Shown: positions 18,351 through 28,908, counted from the stretch's first letter. The stretch is DNA of 46,608 bases from Methanoregula sp. (GCA_039698055.1 JBDKTL010000019.1:1-46608), one strand, 5' to 3'. Translations and numbers: made by a program. Notes: generated from the sequence alone by a model not told the origin.

Positions 18351-21032
18351 ATGACTAATGAGATCCCCGACGATACTGGGCCTGATAAAGAGACCGGGCG
18401 GGCGCTTACACCGGTCATGCGGCAATATCGTGAAAGCAAGGAAAAATACCCGGACACAATCCTGTTTTTCCATATCGGGGATTTTTTTGAGACATTTGAA
18501 TCGGACGCGGAACTCATATCCCGCGAACTGGATATTGTTCTCACGTCCCGGTCAAAAAACGGCGACACCCGGATCCCGCTTGCCGGTGTCCCGTATCATG
18601 CGGGTGAAGGATACATTGCAAAACTGGTCGGCAAGGGCTACAAGGTTGCGATCTGCGAACAGGTGGAAGACCCAAAGAAAGCAAAAGGGCTGGTGAAACG
18701 GGAAGTCGTCCGGGTTATCACGCCGGGCACGGTCATCGATTCTGCGATGCTCCCGACAACGGCAGCCACATACCTGATGGCGCTCGCCCCCGGGACAAAA
18801 GGAAATGACGATGGTATCGCGTTTCTCGACATTTCGACCGGGGAATTTTTTGTTGCGGCGCTCGCGCACGATGCGTACCGCGAAAATATACGGTCCGAGA
18901 TTGCCCGTTACCGCCCCGCAGAATGCATCGTTCCCTCTGCGGTTAATGAGGATATCCGGGAATTTATCCGGGAACAGGGCGTGATCGTCACTGCCGGCAA
19001 TGACGAGGATTTCCGGCAGTCGCCGGCAGAAAATACCCTGCTTTGCCATTTCAATGTCAAATCCCTTGCAGGGTTCGGGTGCGATCGGGTACCGGCGGCT
19101 CTCTGTGCAGCCGGTGCAGCACTTGCGTATGCAAAGACGACGCAGCAATCGCCGCTTGCGCAGGTAAGCACGCTCTTTGTAAAAACTCCTGCCGACAGCA
19201 TGATGCTGGACGCGGTAACGCTGCGAAATCTCGAAGTGCACGAGAGTATCCGGGGAACCGCAAAAAGTCCTACCCTTTTTGGCTGTCTTGACCGGACAAA
19301 AACCCCCATGGGAAGCCGGCTCCTCCTGCGCCACATTACCCGGCCGCTGACCGACATCGGGCAGATCAACCAGCGGCTGGATGCGGTGGAATTTTTTGCC
19401 GGGCATACGGCACTCCGGCTGTCCGTGCGGGACCTTCTCGGTCTTGAGAGCGACATTGAACGGATCACGGCCCGGATCGCGTACGGGAATGCCGGGCCGC
19501 GCGATCTGGTTGCACTGGCAGAAACGCTTGCCACACTTCCGGCGATTAAGAAAAGTCTTGCCGGATGCACAACTGACAGGGTGCCGGAACTTGTCAGCCG
19601 GGCACGCGATATGCTCTGCGATCTTCCCGAAATTATCGGGCTCATCCGGGAGGCCATCATCGATAATCCCCCGGCAATAGCCCGCAATGGCGGTGTCATC
19701 CGGCCCGGGTATTCAAAAGAACTTGACGAGATCAACGGCGTGCTGCACTCGGGGAAAAACTGGATTGTAGAACTCCAGCAGCAGGAGCGCGAGAAAACCG
19801 GCATAAAATCCCTCAAGATCGGCTATAACAAAATTTTCGGCTATTATATCGACATCACCAGGCCCAACCTTCCACTTGTGCCGGCGCATTACGAGCGGCG
19901 CCAGACAACGGCGACCGGTGAGCGGTACATCCTTCCCGAATTAAAGGAGAAAGAAGCGCTTATCACCAACGCCGATGAACGGGTGCTTGCGCTGGAGCGC
20001 GACCTGTTTATCGGCCTGATAGACCGGCTCCGGACAATCATTACTACCCTCCAGCAGGTTGCTGCCGGTATCGCGATGCTCGATGTAGCCTGTGCCCTTG
20101 CCGACTGCGCACAGGGATACGATTATGTCCGCCCCCAGCTGGACGCCGGGGATGAAATTGTCATCCGCGACGGGCGGCACCCGGTCGTTGAGCGGGGACT
20201 TGCTGCCGGGTTTGTGCCAAACGATGCAGAACTGGGGAGTTCCAATACCCAGATCATGATAATTACCGGGGCAAATATGGCGGGAAAATCCACGTACATG
20301 CGGTCGGTTGCTCTGATCTGTATCATGGCTCAGGCCGGAAGTTTTGTTCCCGCACGGTTTGCCCGGATTGGTGTCCTTGACAGGATTTTTACCCGGGTCG
20401 GCGCATTTGACGATCTTGCAAGCGGGCAGAGCACATTTTTTGTCGAGATGCTCGAACTTGCCAATATCCTCAACAACATGACCGCAAAGAGCCTTGTCAT
20501 CCTTGATGAAATCGGGCGCGGGACGAGCACTGCGGACGGGTGCTCCATTGCAAAAGCGGTGCTTGAATACCTGCATGGCAGGGGATCATCCGGTCCAAAG
20601 ACCCTGTTTGCCACCCACTTCCACGAGCTTATCAGCGTGGAAGAAAAACTGCGGCGCGTGCATAATTACCATTTTGCCGTAAAAGAGACTGACAGGGACG
20701 TGATATTCCTGCGCAAGCTCATTCCCGGGGCAACCGATAAGAGTTACGGGATCCATGTCGCCCGCCTTGCCGGGATTCCCAAAAAAGTGACCGAACGGGC
20801 AGAAGTTCTCCTCACGGAGACAATGAACGGTGCCGTCCCGGCCGGCACCCGGCCCCAGCGGTACACCCAGCTCCTGCTTATAGACAACAGCGGAGATGAC
20901 GCCGTCCTACAACAAAATCCCGCGCTGGATGCACTGCGCCGGATCAATCCTGACGAGATGACACCGTTGCAGGCACTCGCAAAGATCGCAGAACTCAAAA
21001 ACCTCGCCGGCACAAAAGGCGATACGCCATGA
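18351..21032 (+). CDS. mutS: DNA mismatch repair protein MutS
   Basis: TPVMRQY, GDFFETF, ITGANMAGKSTYMR, DRIFTRVGAFDDLASGQSTF, DEIGRGTS, FATHFHEL, SYGIHVARLAG. Confidence 0.97.
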   Translation: MTNEIPDDTGPDKETGRALTPVMRQYRESKEKYPDTILFFHIGDFFETFESDAELISRELDIVLTSRSKNGDTRIPLAGVPYHAGEGYIAKLVGKGYKVAICEQVEDPKKAKGLVKREVVRVITPGTVIDSAMLPTTAATYLMALAPGTKGNDDGIAFLDISTGEFFVAALAHDAYRENIRSEIARYRPAECIVPSAVNEDIREFIREQGVIVTAGNDEDFRQSPAENTLLCHFNVKSLAGFGCDRVPAALCAAGAALAYAKTTQQSPLAQVSTLFVKTPADSMMLDAVTLRNLEVHESIRGTAKSPTLFGCLDRTKTPMGSRLLLRHITRPLTDIGQINQRLDAVEFFAGHTALRLSVRDLLGLESDIERITARIAYGNAGPRDLVALAETLATLPAIKKSLAGCTTDRVPELVSRARDMLCDLPEIIGLIREAIIDNPPAIARNGGVIRPGYSKELDEINGVLHSGKNWIVELQQQEREKTGIKSLKIGYNKIFGYYIDITRPNLPLVPAHYERRQTTATGERYILPELKEKEALITNADERVLALERDLFIGLIDRLRTIITTLQQVAAGIAMLDVACALADCAQGYDYVRPQLDAGDEIVIRDGRHPVVERGLAAGFVPNDAELGSSNTQIMIITGANMAGKSTYMRSVALICIMAQAGSFVPARFARIGVLDRIFTRVGAFDDLASGQSTFFVEMLELANILNNMTAKSLVILDEIGRGTSTADGCSIAKAVLEYLHGRGSSGPKTLFATHFHELISVEEKLRRVHNYHFAVKETDRDVIFLRKLIPGATDKSYGIHVARLAGIPKKVTERAEVLLTETMNGAVPAGTRPQRYTQLLLIDNSGDDAVLQQNPALDALRRINPDEMTPLQALAKIAELKNLAGTKGDTP

Positions 21033-22840
21033 AACCGGATCCCGGTGTGCGGACGATCCATGTGCTTGACCCGGGCACGGTCAACCAGATTGCCGCCGGC
21101 GAAGTCGTGGAGCGCCCGGCATCGGTTGTCAAGGAACTTGTTGAAAATGCAATCGATGCAGGTTCCACCGCCATCCACGTCAATCTGGCATCTGCTGCAG
21201 GCACGATCACAATCATTCGGGTGACCGATAACGGGTGCGGTATGTCACCGGACGACGCAAAACTCGCATTTACCCCTCATGCGACAAGCAAGATCGCCGT
21301 CATCGGTGACCTTCACCACATCCACACGATGGGATTCCGGGGTGAAGCCCTTGCAAGCATTGCAGCAGTCGCTAAGGTTACGCTTGTCACAAAAGCCCGG
21401 AATGGCAATTCCCTCTCCGGAACACGGCTCATCGTAACCGGCGGGGTTCTTACCGATACCACGGAAACTGGTGCACGGGAAGGCACGACCGTTATTGTCG
21501 AAGATCTCTTCTTCAATACGCCAGCCCGGAAAAAATTCTTAAAAAACCAGAATACCGAGATCGCCCACATCCACGCGATCATGGAGGGGATCTGTCTTGC
21601 GCACCCGGATATCGCGTTCCGGCTCACCCATAATAACCGGGAACAGCTGGTTACCGATCGCACCATGCAGGTAACCGATACCATTGCACGGCTCTTTGGC
21701 AGTCCGGTTGCAGAATCCCTGATCCCTGTTCGGGCAACCGTCCCGTTCATGGAAATATCCGGGTATATTTCGCACCCATCCCTCTCCCGCAAAGATACGA
21801 CCCGGTTATATGTTGCCATTAACCACCGGTTCGTTTCATCCCCCCTTATCACCGGCGCGGTCAGGGAAGGCTATGGCACACTGCTTCCCCGCGACCGGTT
21901 CCCGGTAGCGGTACTTTCCTTTTCGATTGATACGGAACTGGTCGATGTAAACGTGCACCCGACAAAAAAACAGGTCCGGCTCTCGCATGAAAAAGAGATT
22001 GCCCGTGCAATCCGCGAAACCATCAGCAACGCCCTGCTGCAAAGCGATCTGATCCCGGATGCCGCAATGCCGGCACCCTCCCGTGAAACCGGATGCAACC
22101 CTTTGACCGGAAGTGTACCAGAAACCGGACAGGATTTTTTCTATAACCATACCGGGGATCTGCCTGCCGGGATCGCTGAACCCACGCACACCGGAACCAT
22201 TGCAACCGATCGCCAGCTCCGCCAGACTGAACTTGCCACGGGCGTCCTGCCGGTGACGACACTTGTACCGGAGATGGAAGTGATTGGCCAGTTCGGGGGC
22301 ATCTATATTCTTGCCACCACACCTTCGGGGGAACTGATGATCGTCGACCAGCATGCAGCCCACGAGCGCATCCTCTACGAACAGGTCGCCGGGAAAACCC
22401 GGGAAAAACCACGGGCACAGGAGCTGATCGTCCCGGCAGTCCTGCACCGGACACCGCGGGAGGCAGCAGTCTTAAGGAACCTGATACCGGCACTGGCACT
22501 GGAGGGCGTCCATATCGAGGAGTTTGGGACAGACACCTTCATCATCCGCGCCATTCCGGTTATCCTTGGTAAACAGGAAGGCACCGGGTTCATCGACGAG
22601 ATGATAAGCGATCTGGTGAGCCCCGACACGACCCGGACCGTAAGCGACCGGGAACGGATCACCCGGATCATTGCCTGCCGGGGAGCCATCAAGGCCGGTA
22701 CGGTCTGCACACAGGAGCAGTGCCAGAGGATTATCGACCAGCTCCGCCTGACCCGGAGCCCGTTCACCTGCCCGCATGGCAGACCCACCGTCATACGATT
22801 TTCCCGGGCGCAGCTGGATGAAATGTTCAAGCGGACATAA
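21029..22840 (+). CDS. mutL: DNA mismatch repair endonuclease MutL
   Basis: NQIAAGEVVERPASVVKELVENAIDA, GFRGEALASI, DQHAAHERILYE, ACRGAIK, CPHGRP; 4-bp overlap with mutS. Confidence 0.97.
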   Translation: MKPDPGVRTIHVLDPGTVNQIAAGEVVERPASVVKELVENAIDAGSTAIHVNLASAAGTITIIRVTDNGCGMSPDDAKLAFTPHATSKIAVIGDLHHIHTMGFRGEALASIAAVAKVTLVTKARNGNSLSGTRLIVTGGVLTDTTETGAREGTTVIVEDLFFNTPARKKFLKNQNTEIAHIHAIMEGICLAHPDIAFRLTHNNREQLVTDRTMQVTDTIARLFGSPVAESLIPVRATVPFMEISGYISHPSLSRKDTTRLYVAINHRFVSSPLITGAVREGYGTLLPRDRFPVAVLSFSIDTELVDVNVHPTKKQVRLSHEKEIARAIRETISNALLQSDLIPDAAMPAPSRETGCNPLTGSVPETGQDFFYNHTGDLPAGIAEPTHTGTIATDRQLRQTELATGVLPVTTLVPEMEVIGQFGGIYILATTPSGELMIVDQHAAHERILYEQVAGKTREKPRAQELIVPAVLHRTPREAAVLRNLIPALALEGVHIEEFGTDTFIIRAIPVILGKQEGTGFIDEMISDLVSPDTTRTVSDRERITRIIACRGAIKAGTVCTQEQCQRIIDQLRLTRSPFTCPHGRPTVIRFSRAQLDEMFKRT

Positions 22841-22991
22841 CCGTTCTGAATTTTTTATTCCCGTTCAAAGGCAGGCAAAGTCGGTGGGACGGGCCTCATG
22901 GAATTCTTTGCAGGTAACCCAACGATTAATAGTACCAGGGATAAAGTTCTGCGTCACAAAACGATACAAAACGAGACCGTGGCTGGTCATC

Positions 22992-23870
22992 ATGAAAAAT
23001 AAACAGACTACGCTTACTTGTGCAGGTGCCCCGGAATTCTCCCGGGAAAATCTGGCTGGTACGGAGATTGATGCATTCCGTCAGCGGGTCCTTGTACAAT
23101 ACCGGTTGGAGGGTCGTCACGATATGCAATGGCGCCATACGACCGATCCCTATCACATCCTTGTCTCGGAAATTATGCTCCAGCAGACCCAAGTGGAGCG
23201 GGTCGCGATAAAATTCCCGGAGTTTATCAGGGCATTCCCGGATTTTGCCGCATTAGCCAGTGCCCCGCTCCCGGATATTATTGCGGTCTGGCAGGGAATG
23301 GGTTACAACCGCCGGGCAATCGCGTTAAAAAAATGCGCAGAACAGGTCGTCAGCACCTGTCACGGAATACTTCCCCGTGACCCCGAAGTGCTCGCAACAC
23401 TTCCCGGCATCGGTCCTGCCACCGCTGCATCCATCTGCGCATTTGCATTCAACCTGCCGGTCGTATTTATTGAGACCAATATCCGCCGGGTATTCATTCA
23501 TTTCTTCTTTTCGGACAGGGAAAATGTTCCTGACAAGGATATCCTGCCGCTGGTAAAAATGACCCTGTACGAGGAAAATCCCCGGGTATGGTACTGGGCG
23601 CTGATGGATCTGGGAACGTCGCTTAAAAAAACGGTCGTAAATCCGAACCGACGAAGCGCCCACTACACCAGACAGGCTCCTTTTGAAGGTTCCAACCGGA
23701 AAATCCGGGGCAGGCTCCTGAAGATGCTGCTCAAAGACCGGTACCTGGTGGAAGATGAGGTTGCCGGTTTGTTCCATGAAGATCCTCAGCGGATCCGTAA
23801 AATAATGCAGGATCTTGAAGCAGAGGGTTTCATAAAATTCCATGATGGCAGGTATATTCCCGTGGAGTGA
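22992..23870 (+). CDS. HhH-GPD DNA glycosylase, MutY-like (no Fe-S motif)
   Basis: WRHTTDPYHILVSEIMLQQTQV, WQGMGYNRRA, LPGIGPATA, ALMDLG; no Cys cluster follows. Confidence 0.85.
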   Translation: MKNKQTTLTCAGAPEFSRENLAGTEIDAFRQRVLVQYRLEGRHDMQWRHTTDPYHILVSEIMLQQTQVERVAIKFPEFIRAFPDFAALASAPLPDIIAVWQGMGYNRRAIALKKCAEQVVSTCHGILPRDPEVLATLPGIGPATAASICAFAFNLPVVFIETNIRRVFIHFFFSDRENVPDKDILPLVKMTLYEENPRVWYWALMDLGTSLKKTVVNPNRRSAHYTRQAPFEGSNRKIRGRLLKMLLKDRYLVEDEVAGLFHEDPQRIRKIMQDLEAEGFIKFHDGRYIPVE

Positions 23871-24091
23871 TTCCCCGGATATTCATTTTTTCCAGTTTCT
23901 GTAGTGTTGTTCGCCACGTACGGATAATTAAAAAAAATAAAAAAAATAACCTGATAAAAATTTTAAAAGAGCGGGAACCAAAACGGCTCTGAAGTTATTT
24001 TCCTGATGTTGTTTTCAGATGCACGAGTCCGGTTGCCGGTATCACAGGATTGATATAATTTTTTCACATCACATTGTACGAGAAACAACGT

Positions 24092-24604
24092 ATGCCGGAT
24101 TACAAGGAGATCCCCGATTCTACAAAATGGCGTCTTGCTTCCCGCTGTGCATCAATGATCCCTGCACTGTACGATCGCGTATTCCGTGCAGAAGTTGGTG
24201 AGCGATACGATGTGCTCGAGCAGGAGATCTGGATGGAACTTGCCCGTATGGTGCCCGATATCGCCCGGGATCTCGTTCTTCCAACCCATAATGCCCACGA
24301 TCTGGCGATGACCATGCAGACCGTCACGGTAATCCTTTTTGGCCCGGAATATCGTGGCGAAGTGTTGGATGTCGCCGATGACCGGTCTGTCATCCTTGTC
24401 AAACGGTGCCCCTTTCTTGAACACGGGTGCCATGCGGGGATCCCGGGAGAACAATTCTTTTCCCGGTGCATGACGCTCACGCTGACTGCAGTTCCGCTGC
24501 TGAACAAAAATTACTCTGCCCGGTATGTCCGGACGATCTGCACAAGAGATCGGCAGTGCGAAATTAAAATACAGCCAAATCCCCCGGAAACAAAAGAAAA
24601 ATAA
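24092..24604 (+). CDS. Hypothetical protein with V4R/ATC-hydrolase-like Cys pattern
   Basis: VKRCPF...SRC...ICTRDRQCEIKI; own AT-rich upstream region. Start 24092 or 24074. Confidence 0.6.
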   Translation: MPDYKEIPDSTKWRLASRCASMIPALYDRVFRAEVGERYDVLEQEIWMELARMVPDIARDLVLPTHNAHDLAMTMQTVTVILFGPEYRGEVLDVADDRSVILVKRCPFLEHGCHAGIPGEQFFSRCMTLTLTAVPLLNKNYSARYVRTICTRDRQCEIKIQPNPPETKEK

Positions 24605-24797
24605 ATTGTAACTGTCTGGCCGAAATTTTATTTTATTTTTACGGCAAAAAATGTTAAAAAAATTTGCCGTGTTTATCTGGCACCCCTGTGCCATGCACCG
24701 TGTTTTATCCGGATCCTAAGAGAACAGTTCCGTACCCAGCCAGAAAATATTTCATCGCTGACCGGTCCTGCTATAAATCCGGGATGAACCCGGTTCC

Positions 24798-24974
24798 TTA
24801 TTTCAGGTAATACCCGATGACCACACAGAGAAGTCCCAGGTAAAACATGATACTGAAGTACTGGGAGATGCCGATCGGAATGGCATCAAGGTGTTTAAGA
24901 TCCGGAATAAAAAGCATGATGATGCCTGCGGCAAAAAAACCAAGGCTGAACTGCGTTTTTGTGGCTTTGTCCAT
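24798..24974 (-). CDS. Small two-TM membrane protein (58 aa)
   Basis: MDKATKTQFSLGFFAAGIIMLFIP...FYLGLLCVVIGYYLK; two hydrophobic segments; downstream of cbiE. Confidence 0.6.
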   Translation of the reverse strand: MDKATKTQFSLGFFAAGIIMLFIPDLKHLDAIPIGISQYFSIMFYLGLLCVVIGYYLK

Positions 24975-25068
24975 GAGATAATCCCTGTGATGATATATCA
25001 GAGTGGTACAGAAAAAACTTTGTTGTCCGTCCGAACAGGAAGTAACAAAAAATGCTTGTGTCGTTAAG

Positions 25069-25656
25069 TTAAAAATTGCCGATGACGAGGGAATACAGGT
25101 CAGATTCCGGTAACGGCGGCGCGACCAGATCGCCGGTGGCGATCCGTTCGTCCGGATAGCCCAGTTCTTCGCAGACGGCAATCTTCACCGGGGTTTCAAG
25201 CCCCATCGCGGATAACCGGCGGTACAGTTCTTCCACATCGAACTTTGGATCGGCAAGAAGGAACACGATCTTCCCGTGCCGGACTTCTTCGAGGGTTTCC
25301 TGCATCGCTTTCTCGTGACCCCTGCCATGGGCAATGACAACAGAAACCCGGGCAAGCGAGAGATGGAGCCGGGCCGCCGCAACCTGCAGCGATGAAATAC
25401 CGGGAACAATTTCACCTTCCAGGTAGCCAAGCCCGGCAAGCATGGGATCGCCAGTGGAGAGGATGACCGATTCATGGGGGAGGATGGAGAGGTTCCGGTA
25501 ATTTTCTATAGATTTCACGGTGCAGCCGTCCGCAAGGTACGCACGGGCAAGACCGATTGCACGCTCTGAACCAAAGACAAACTTCGCATTCCCGATTTCA
25601 CGGATTGCCTGATCGGTGAGCATTCCCGGGCCGCACCCCACACCAATTATCTTCAT
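25069..25656 (-). CDS. cbiE: Cobalt-precorrin-7 C5-methyltransferase
   Basis: MKIIGVGCGPG, LSTGDPMLAGLG, PGISSLQVAAARL, EELGYPDERI; operon position. Confidence 0.85.
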   Translation of the reverse strand: MKIIGVGCGPGMLTDQAIREIGNAKFVFGSERAIGLARAYLADGCTVKSIENYRNLSILPHESVILSTGDPMLAGLGYLEGEIVPGISSLQVAAARLHLSLARVSVVIAHGRGHEKAMQETLEEVRHGKIVFLLADPKFDVEELYRRLSAMGLETPVKIAVCEELGYPDERIATGDLVAPPLPESDLYSLVIGNF

Positions 25657-26657
25657 GGACTTTCACCCACAATGAAACCGTCACGGTTCAGCAGGACAAC
25701 CCGGACCCGGGGTTGTATCTTCTGGAATTCCACAAGGGTGTGCTCCACAAGCCGGTCGAAGTGCGGGGAGGCCGAGAGTTCCTCAACCGTTGCGTACCCG
25801 GTTCCCCTGAGGATCTGGGGATTGATATACCGGAGGATAAGCGCGGGAAGCCCGCAGAGGATCACGGAATCCTTTGCCACAGCGAGCGCTTCATGAATCT
25901 TCCCGCCGATGAGGATCACCTCGTTACCGGGAAACAGCAACCGGGAAAATTTCAGGCCAACCCGCCCGGTCGTGAGAACGGGATGACGGGACGCAGATAT
26001 CCTCGCTTCCATGGATTCGGTCAGGTGGTCGTCCCAGGGTTCGACAAGACCGGTTGTGCCAAGAACCGAGATCCCTCCAGTCACTCCCACCCGGGAGTTC
26101 AGGGTTTTTTCTGCGATCTCCTCGCCCCGGGGGGCAGACAGGGATACTTCAACGCCGGGTATGCCGGTGACGGCAAGCGCTTCGTCCATCGCCGCAAGAA
26201 TGCAGGCAAGCGGTGCGGCGCTGATTGCCGGTTCGCCTTTTTTATAGCGGGGGGTGTCCCGTGCAAAATGCCCGATGCCTGTTCCCGGGATCAACCGGAC
26301 ACCTTCCGGCGTCTGCGTGGCATGTGCGATAAATTCAATGCCGGCGGTCACATCTGAGGGATAATCGCCGGCAAATTTTCTACAGGATGCATGACCCTTG
26401 CGGGCCTCAACTGGCACATCAACAATAAGCCCGCAGGGGATTTGGACCGTGACCGCATGCTGATCTGTTTGCAGCGAGAGAATTGCGGCTTTGCATGCAG
26501 CTGTCGCAGTGGTTCCGGTAGTGTAACCCCGGGCAAGAACCGTCCCGGAAGCGGTCAGGACCGCCAGTCCTTTCTCTATTCTCTCAAGGTCACGCGGGTC
26601 TTTGCAATTCTTTGTCCAGAGCGCAGGATATTCAAAACCGGTGACCGGGTCCCTCAT
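25653..26657 (-). CDS. cbiD: Cobalt-precorrin-5B C1-methyltransferase
   Basis: GYTTGTTATAACKAA, KTLNSRVGVTGGISVLGTTGLVEP. Confidence 0.92.
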   Translation of the reverse strand: MRDPVTGFEYPALWTKNCKDPRDLERIEKGLAVLTASGTVLARGYTTGTTATAACKAAILSLQTDQHAVTVQIPCGLIVDVPVEARKGHASCRKFAGDYPSDVTAGIEFIAHATQTPEGVRLIPGTGIGHFARDTPRYKKGEPAISAAPLACILAAMDEALAVTGIPGVEVSLSAPRGEEIAEKTLNSRVGVTGGISVLGTTGLVEPWDDHLTESMEARISASRHPVLTTGRVGLKFSRLLFPGNEVILIGGKIHEALAVAKDSVILCGLPALILRYINPQILRGTGYATVEELSASPHFDRLVEHTLVEFQKIQPRVRVVLLNRDGFIVGESP

Positions 26658-27319
26658 GGAATATATCCCTCGATCAGGATCGTGATACATTCATTAAGAG
26701 CGGCAACGGCAACCGGTGTGCCCCCGCGTGTTCCTTCAGTCGATATTGACGGGATGTCAAGGGTGCGGAGCAGCGCCTTTGATTCCGCTGCATTGACAAA
26801 ACCCACCGGTGCCCCGATTACAACGGCCGGGCGGACGCCTTCACGTATCATTGCACAGATCGACAGGAGTGCGGACGGGGCGTTGCCGATGACAATAATG
26901 GCACCGGGAATTTTTTTTTGCAGCGCAATAAACCCGGCAGAACTCCTGGTGATGCCCTGTTCTTTTGCGATCTCATCACCATAATCCAGCGCACAGATCA
27001 CATCGCATGTGTGCCCTTTTTTCTGGATTCCCACCTGCACCATGCGAATATCGGTGATGATGGGCGAGCCGGCTTTAAGTGCCGAAATTGCGGCCGGCAC
27101 GGGATTACCCAAAAACCGCATCAGGTCAGCCATGGCAAAATCGCCGACAGCTACCGAACACCGCTGCCGTACCCGGTCCTCAACGGTATCGTTGCCGACC
27201 ATGGTCCGTGCCAGCGTCCGGGAAGTCTTTGAGATCTCGTACGCTTCTTTGGTCGTTGCGCCCGGATCAATATACGTATTTATGGTGGTATCCCCGTGGT
27301 GTGATGATTCCTTTGACAT
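26654..27319 (-). CDS. cbiC: Cobalt-precorrin-8 methylmutase
   Basis: ITDIRMVQVGI, ITRSSAG, VIGNAPSAL, GAPVGFVNAAESK, GTRGGTPVAVAALN. Start uncertain (overlaps cbiH). Confidence 0.92.
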   Translation of the reverse strand: MSKESSHHGDTTINTYIDPGATTKEAYEISKTSRTLARTMVGNDTVEDRVRQRCSVAVGDFAMADLMRFLGNPVPAAISALKAGSPIITDIRMVQVGIQKKGHTCDVICALDYGDEIAKEQGITRSSAGFIALQKKIPGAIIVIGNAPSALLSICAMIREGVRPAVVIGAPVGFVNAAESKALLRTLDIPSISTEGTRGGTPVAVAALNECITILIEGYIP

Positions 27320-28061
27320 GTTCGCCCCGCCTCCAGATCCTGCTCTCACTGCCGCCGATAATCACCGTTGTGTGCATATCAACGGCATCCCAGACTGTTT
27401 CAATATCGCCAAGCGTGGTAATTATCATATCGTTGTCACCGTCTCGCAGCGCATTTTTTACGATGGCAATGGGAGTTTTTGGCGCCAGATATTTCCGTGC
27501 ATGTTCGATCGCGATGGCAAAATTATGTGGCCGTCCCTGGCTTTTTGGGTTATAGAGAACGACCGGGATCCCGACTGAAAAGACTGCGTCGAGCCGGCGT
27601 TCGATCTGCTCGAGCGGTGTGAGCAGGTCCGAGAGGCTGATGACCGAAAAATCCCCGGACAGCGGAGAACCCACGACCGACGCCGCAGCATTTGCCGCCG
27701 TTACCCCCGGCACGATTTCCACCGGAATATCGGCACCCGAATGTTCGAGCACTTCAAGCACGATGCCGGCCATGCCGTACACCCCGGCATCGCCGCCGGA
27801 CACGATGGCGACTTTGTGCGAACGGGCAAGATCGATCGCCATCTTTGCCCGCTCCACCTCTTTACCCATCGAGCTCCGGACTACCTGTTTTCCCACGAGC
27901 AGCGGCTCAAGCGGGCCGAGGTACGAGTCATTGCCGATGATATATTCTGCGCCGGCTATCACTTTTAAGGCCCGGCCGGTCATATATTCACGCCGCCCCG
28001 GGCCGATGCCGACAATGGCAAGGCCGTTTTTTATTTCACCGGGCAATGGCAATGGTGACAC
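27267..28061 (-). CDS. cbiH: Cobalt-precorrin-3 C17-methyltransferase
   Basis: VGIGPG, VSGGDAGVYGMAG, DFSVISLSDLLTP, LYNPKS, VDMHTTVIIG, ITPRGY. Confidence 0.92.
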   Translation of the reverse strand: MSPLPLPGEIKNGLAIVGIGPGRREYMTGRALKVIAGAEYIIGNDSYLGPLEPLLVGKQVVRSSMGKEVERAKMAIDLARSHKVAIVSGGDAGVYGMAGIVLEVLEHSGADIPVEIVPGVTAANAAASVVGSPLSGDFSVISLSDLLTPLEQIERRLDAVFSVGIPVVLYNPKSQGRPHNFAIAIEHARKYLAPKTPIAIVKNALRDGDNDMIITTLGDIETVWDAVDMHTTVIIGGSESRIWRRGEHVKGIITPRGYHHKYVY

Positions 28062-28908
28062 TCCCGTACACGTGTTTGTTCATGACCATCTCCTTATGCT
28101 CTGCGACAGCAAGCGCACACGGTTCGGCTACCCCCAGAAGGCCGATCTTTTTTGCCTGCGAGGATGACACAACTGTTTGTGCGTTAATAGTGTCATCGTC
28201 AAGGAATATTAAATTGGCAGAGAGGGCAGCAATTGCATCGATAAGGCCGGCCTCATGGCATTTTTTTGCCGTGGTTGCATAGATCATTACCTGGCCGGGA
28301 TCGATGCCCGCTTCATCAAGGGCAGTTTTGATGGCGGCGAGGATCGTATCTTTCCCTGCATCCTTCCGGCACCCAATGCCAACGGCATATTCGCCTTTGC
28401 GGACAAGTAACGAGACATCGGGGCCGGCAATTACGATGGATGGGCCGGATACGGAGTGGATCTTCACGTTCCCATCTAGAATCGCCGCGTTCACTTTCCG
28501 GGTGGAATCATGGTTGAGAATTCCGCAGCTGGTACGCTTTGCAATGCCCTCGACCGAATCCCGGCCGGTGGCTTCGGTTGCAGTCGTGATGACCGGCTGG
28601 ATGCCAAGTCCGGACAACTCTTTTGCGAGATCGTTTGCCCCGTGATGTCCCCCGACAAGAGGAATCGCCCACGCGAGATCCGGGCTGACGACAACAACCG
28701 CCGGGTCGTTCCATTTGTCGTGGAGCAGCGGCGCGATGCTGCGCATCACGATTCCCATCGACATCAGCGCAACGATTCGTTTCGCCGTTGGGAAAACTTC
28801 TGCAAAAACCGTGGGGGAATATTCCCGGAATTCTGCATCAAGGAACTTTGCGATCCGTTTCGCGTCACCGGCAAACCGGGGAAGCGCAATGACAATGGTG
28901 CCGGTCAT
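28036..28908 (-). CDS. cbiG: Cobalt-precorrin-5A hydrolase
   Basis: MGIVMRSIAP..DKWNDPAVVVV, GGHHGANDLA, PVITTAT, GIGCRK, GVAEPCAL. Confidence 0.92.
   Translation of the reverse strand: MTGTIVIALPRFAGDAKRIAKFLDAEFREYSPTVFAEVFPTAKRIVALMSMGIVMRSIAPLLHDKWNDPAVVVVSPDLAWAIPLVGGHHGANDLAKELSGLGIQPVITTATEATGRDSVEGIAKRTSCGILNHDSTRKVNAAILDGNVKIHSVSGPSIVIAGPDVSLLVRKGEYAVGIGCRKDAGKDTILAAIKTALDEAGIDPGQVMIYATTAKKCHEAGLIDAIAALSANLIFLDDDTINAQTVVSSSQAKKIGLLGVAEPCALAVAEHKEMVMNKHVYGSVTIAIAR

Noticed and set aside
18552-22830. Long antisense ORFs within mutS/mutL (and similar ones across the cbi/hem genes)
   Set aside because: Shadow ORFs expected from GC-rich codon usage opposite well-supported genes; no recognisable motifs.
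27267-27319. 53-bp cbiH/cbiC overlap as a recoding or fusion signal
   Set aside because: Both frames are intact, and the overlap may simply reflect an uncertain cbiC start.
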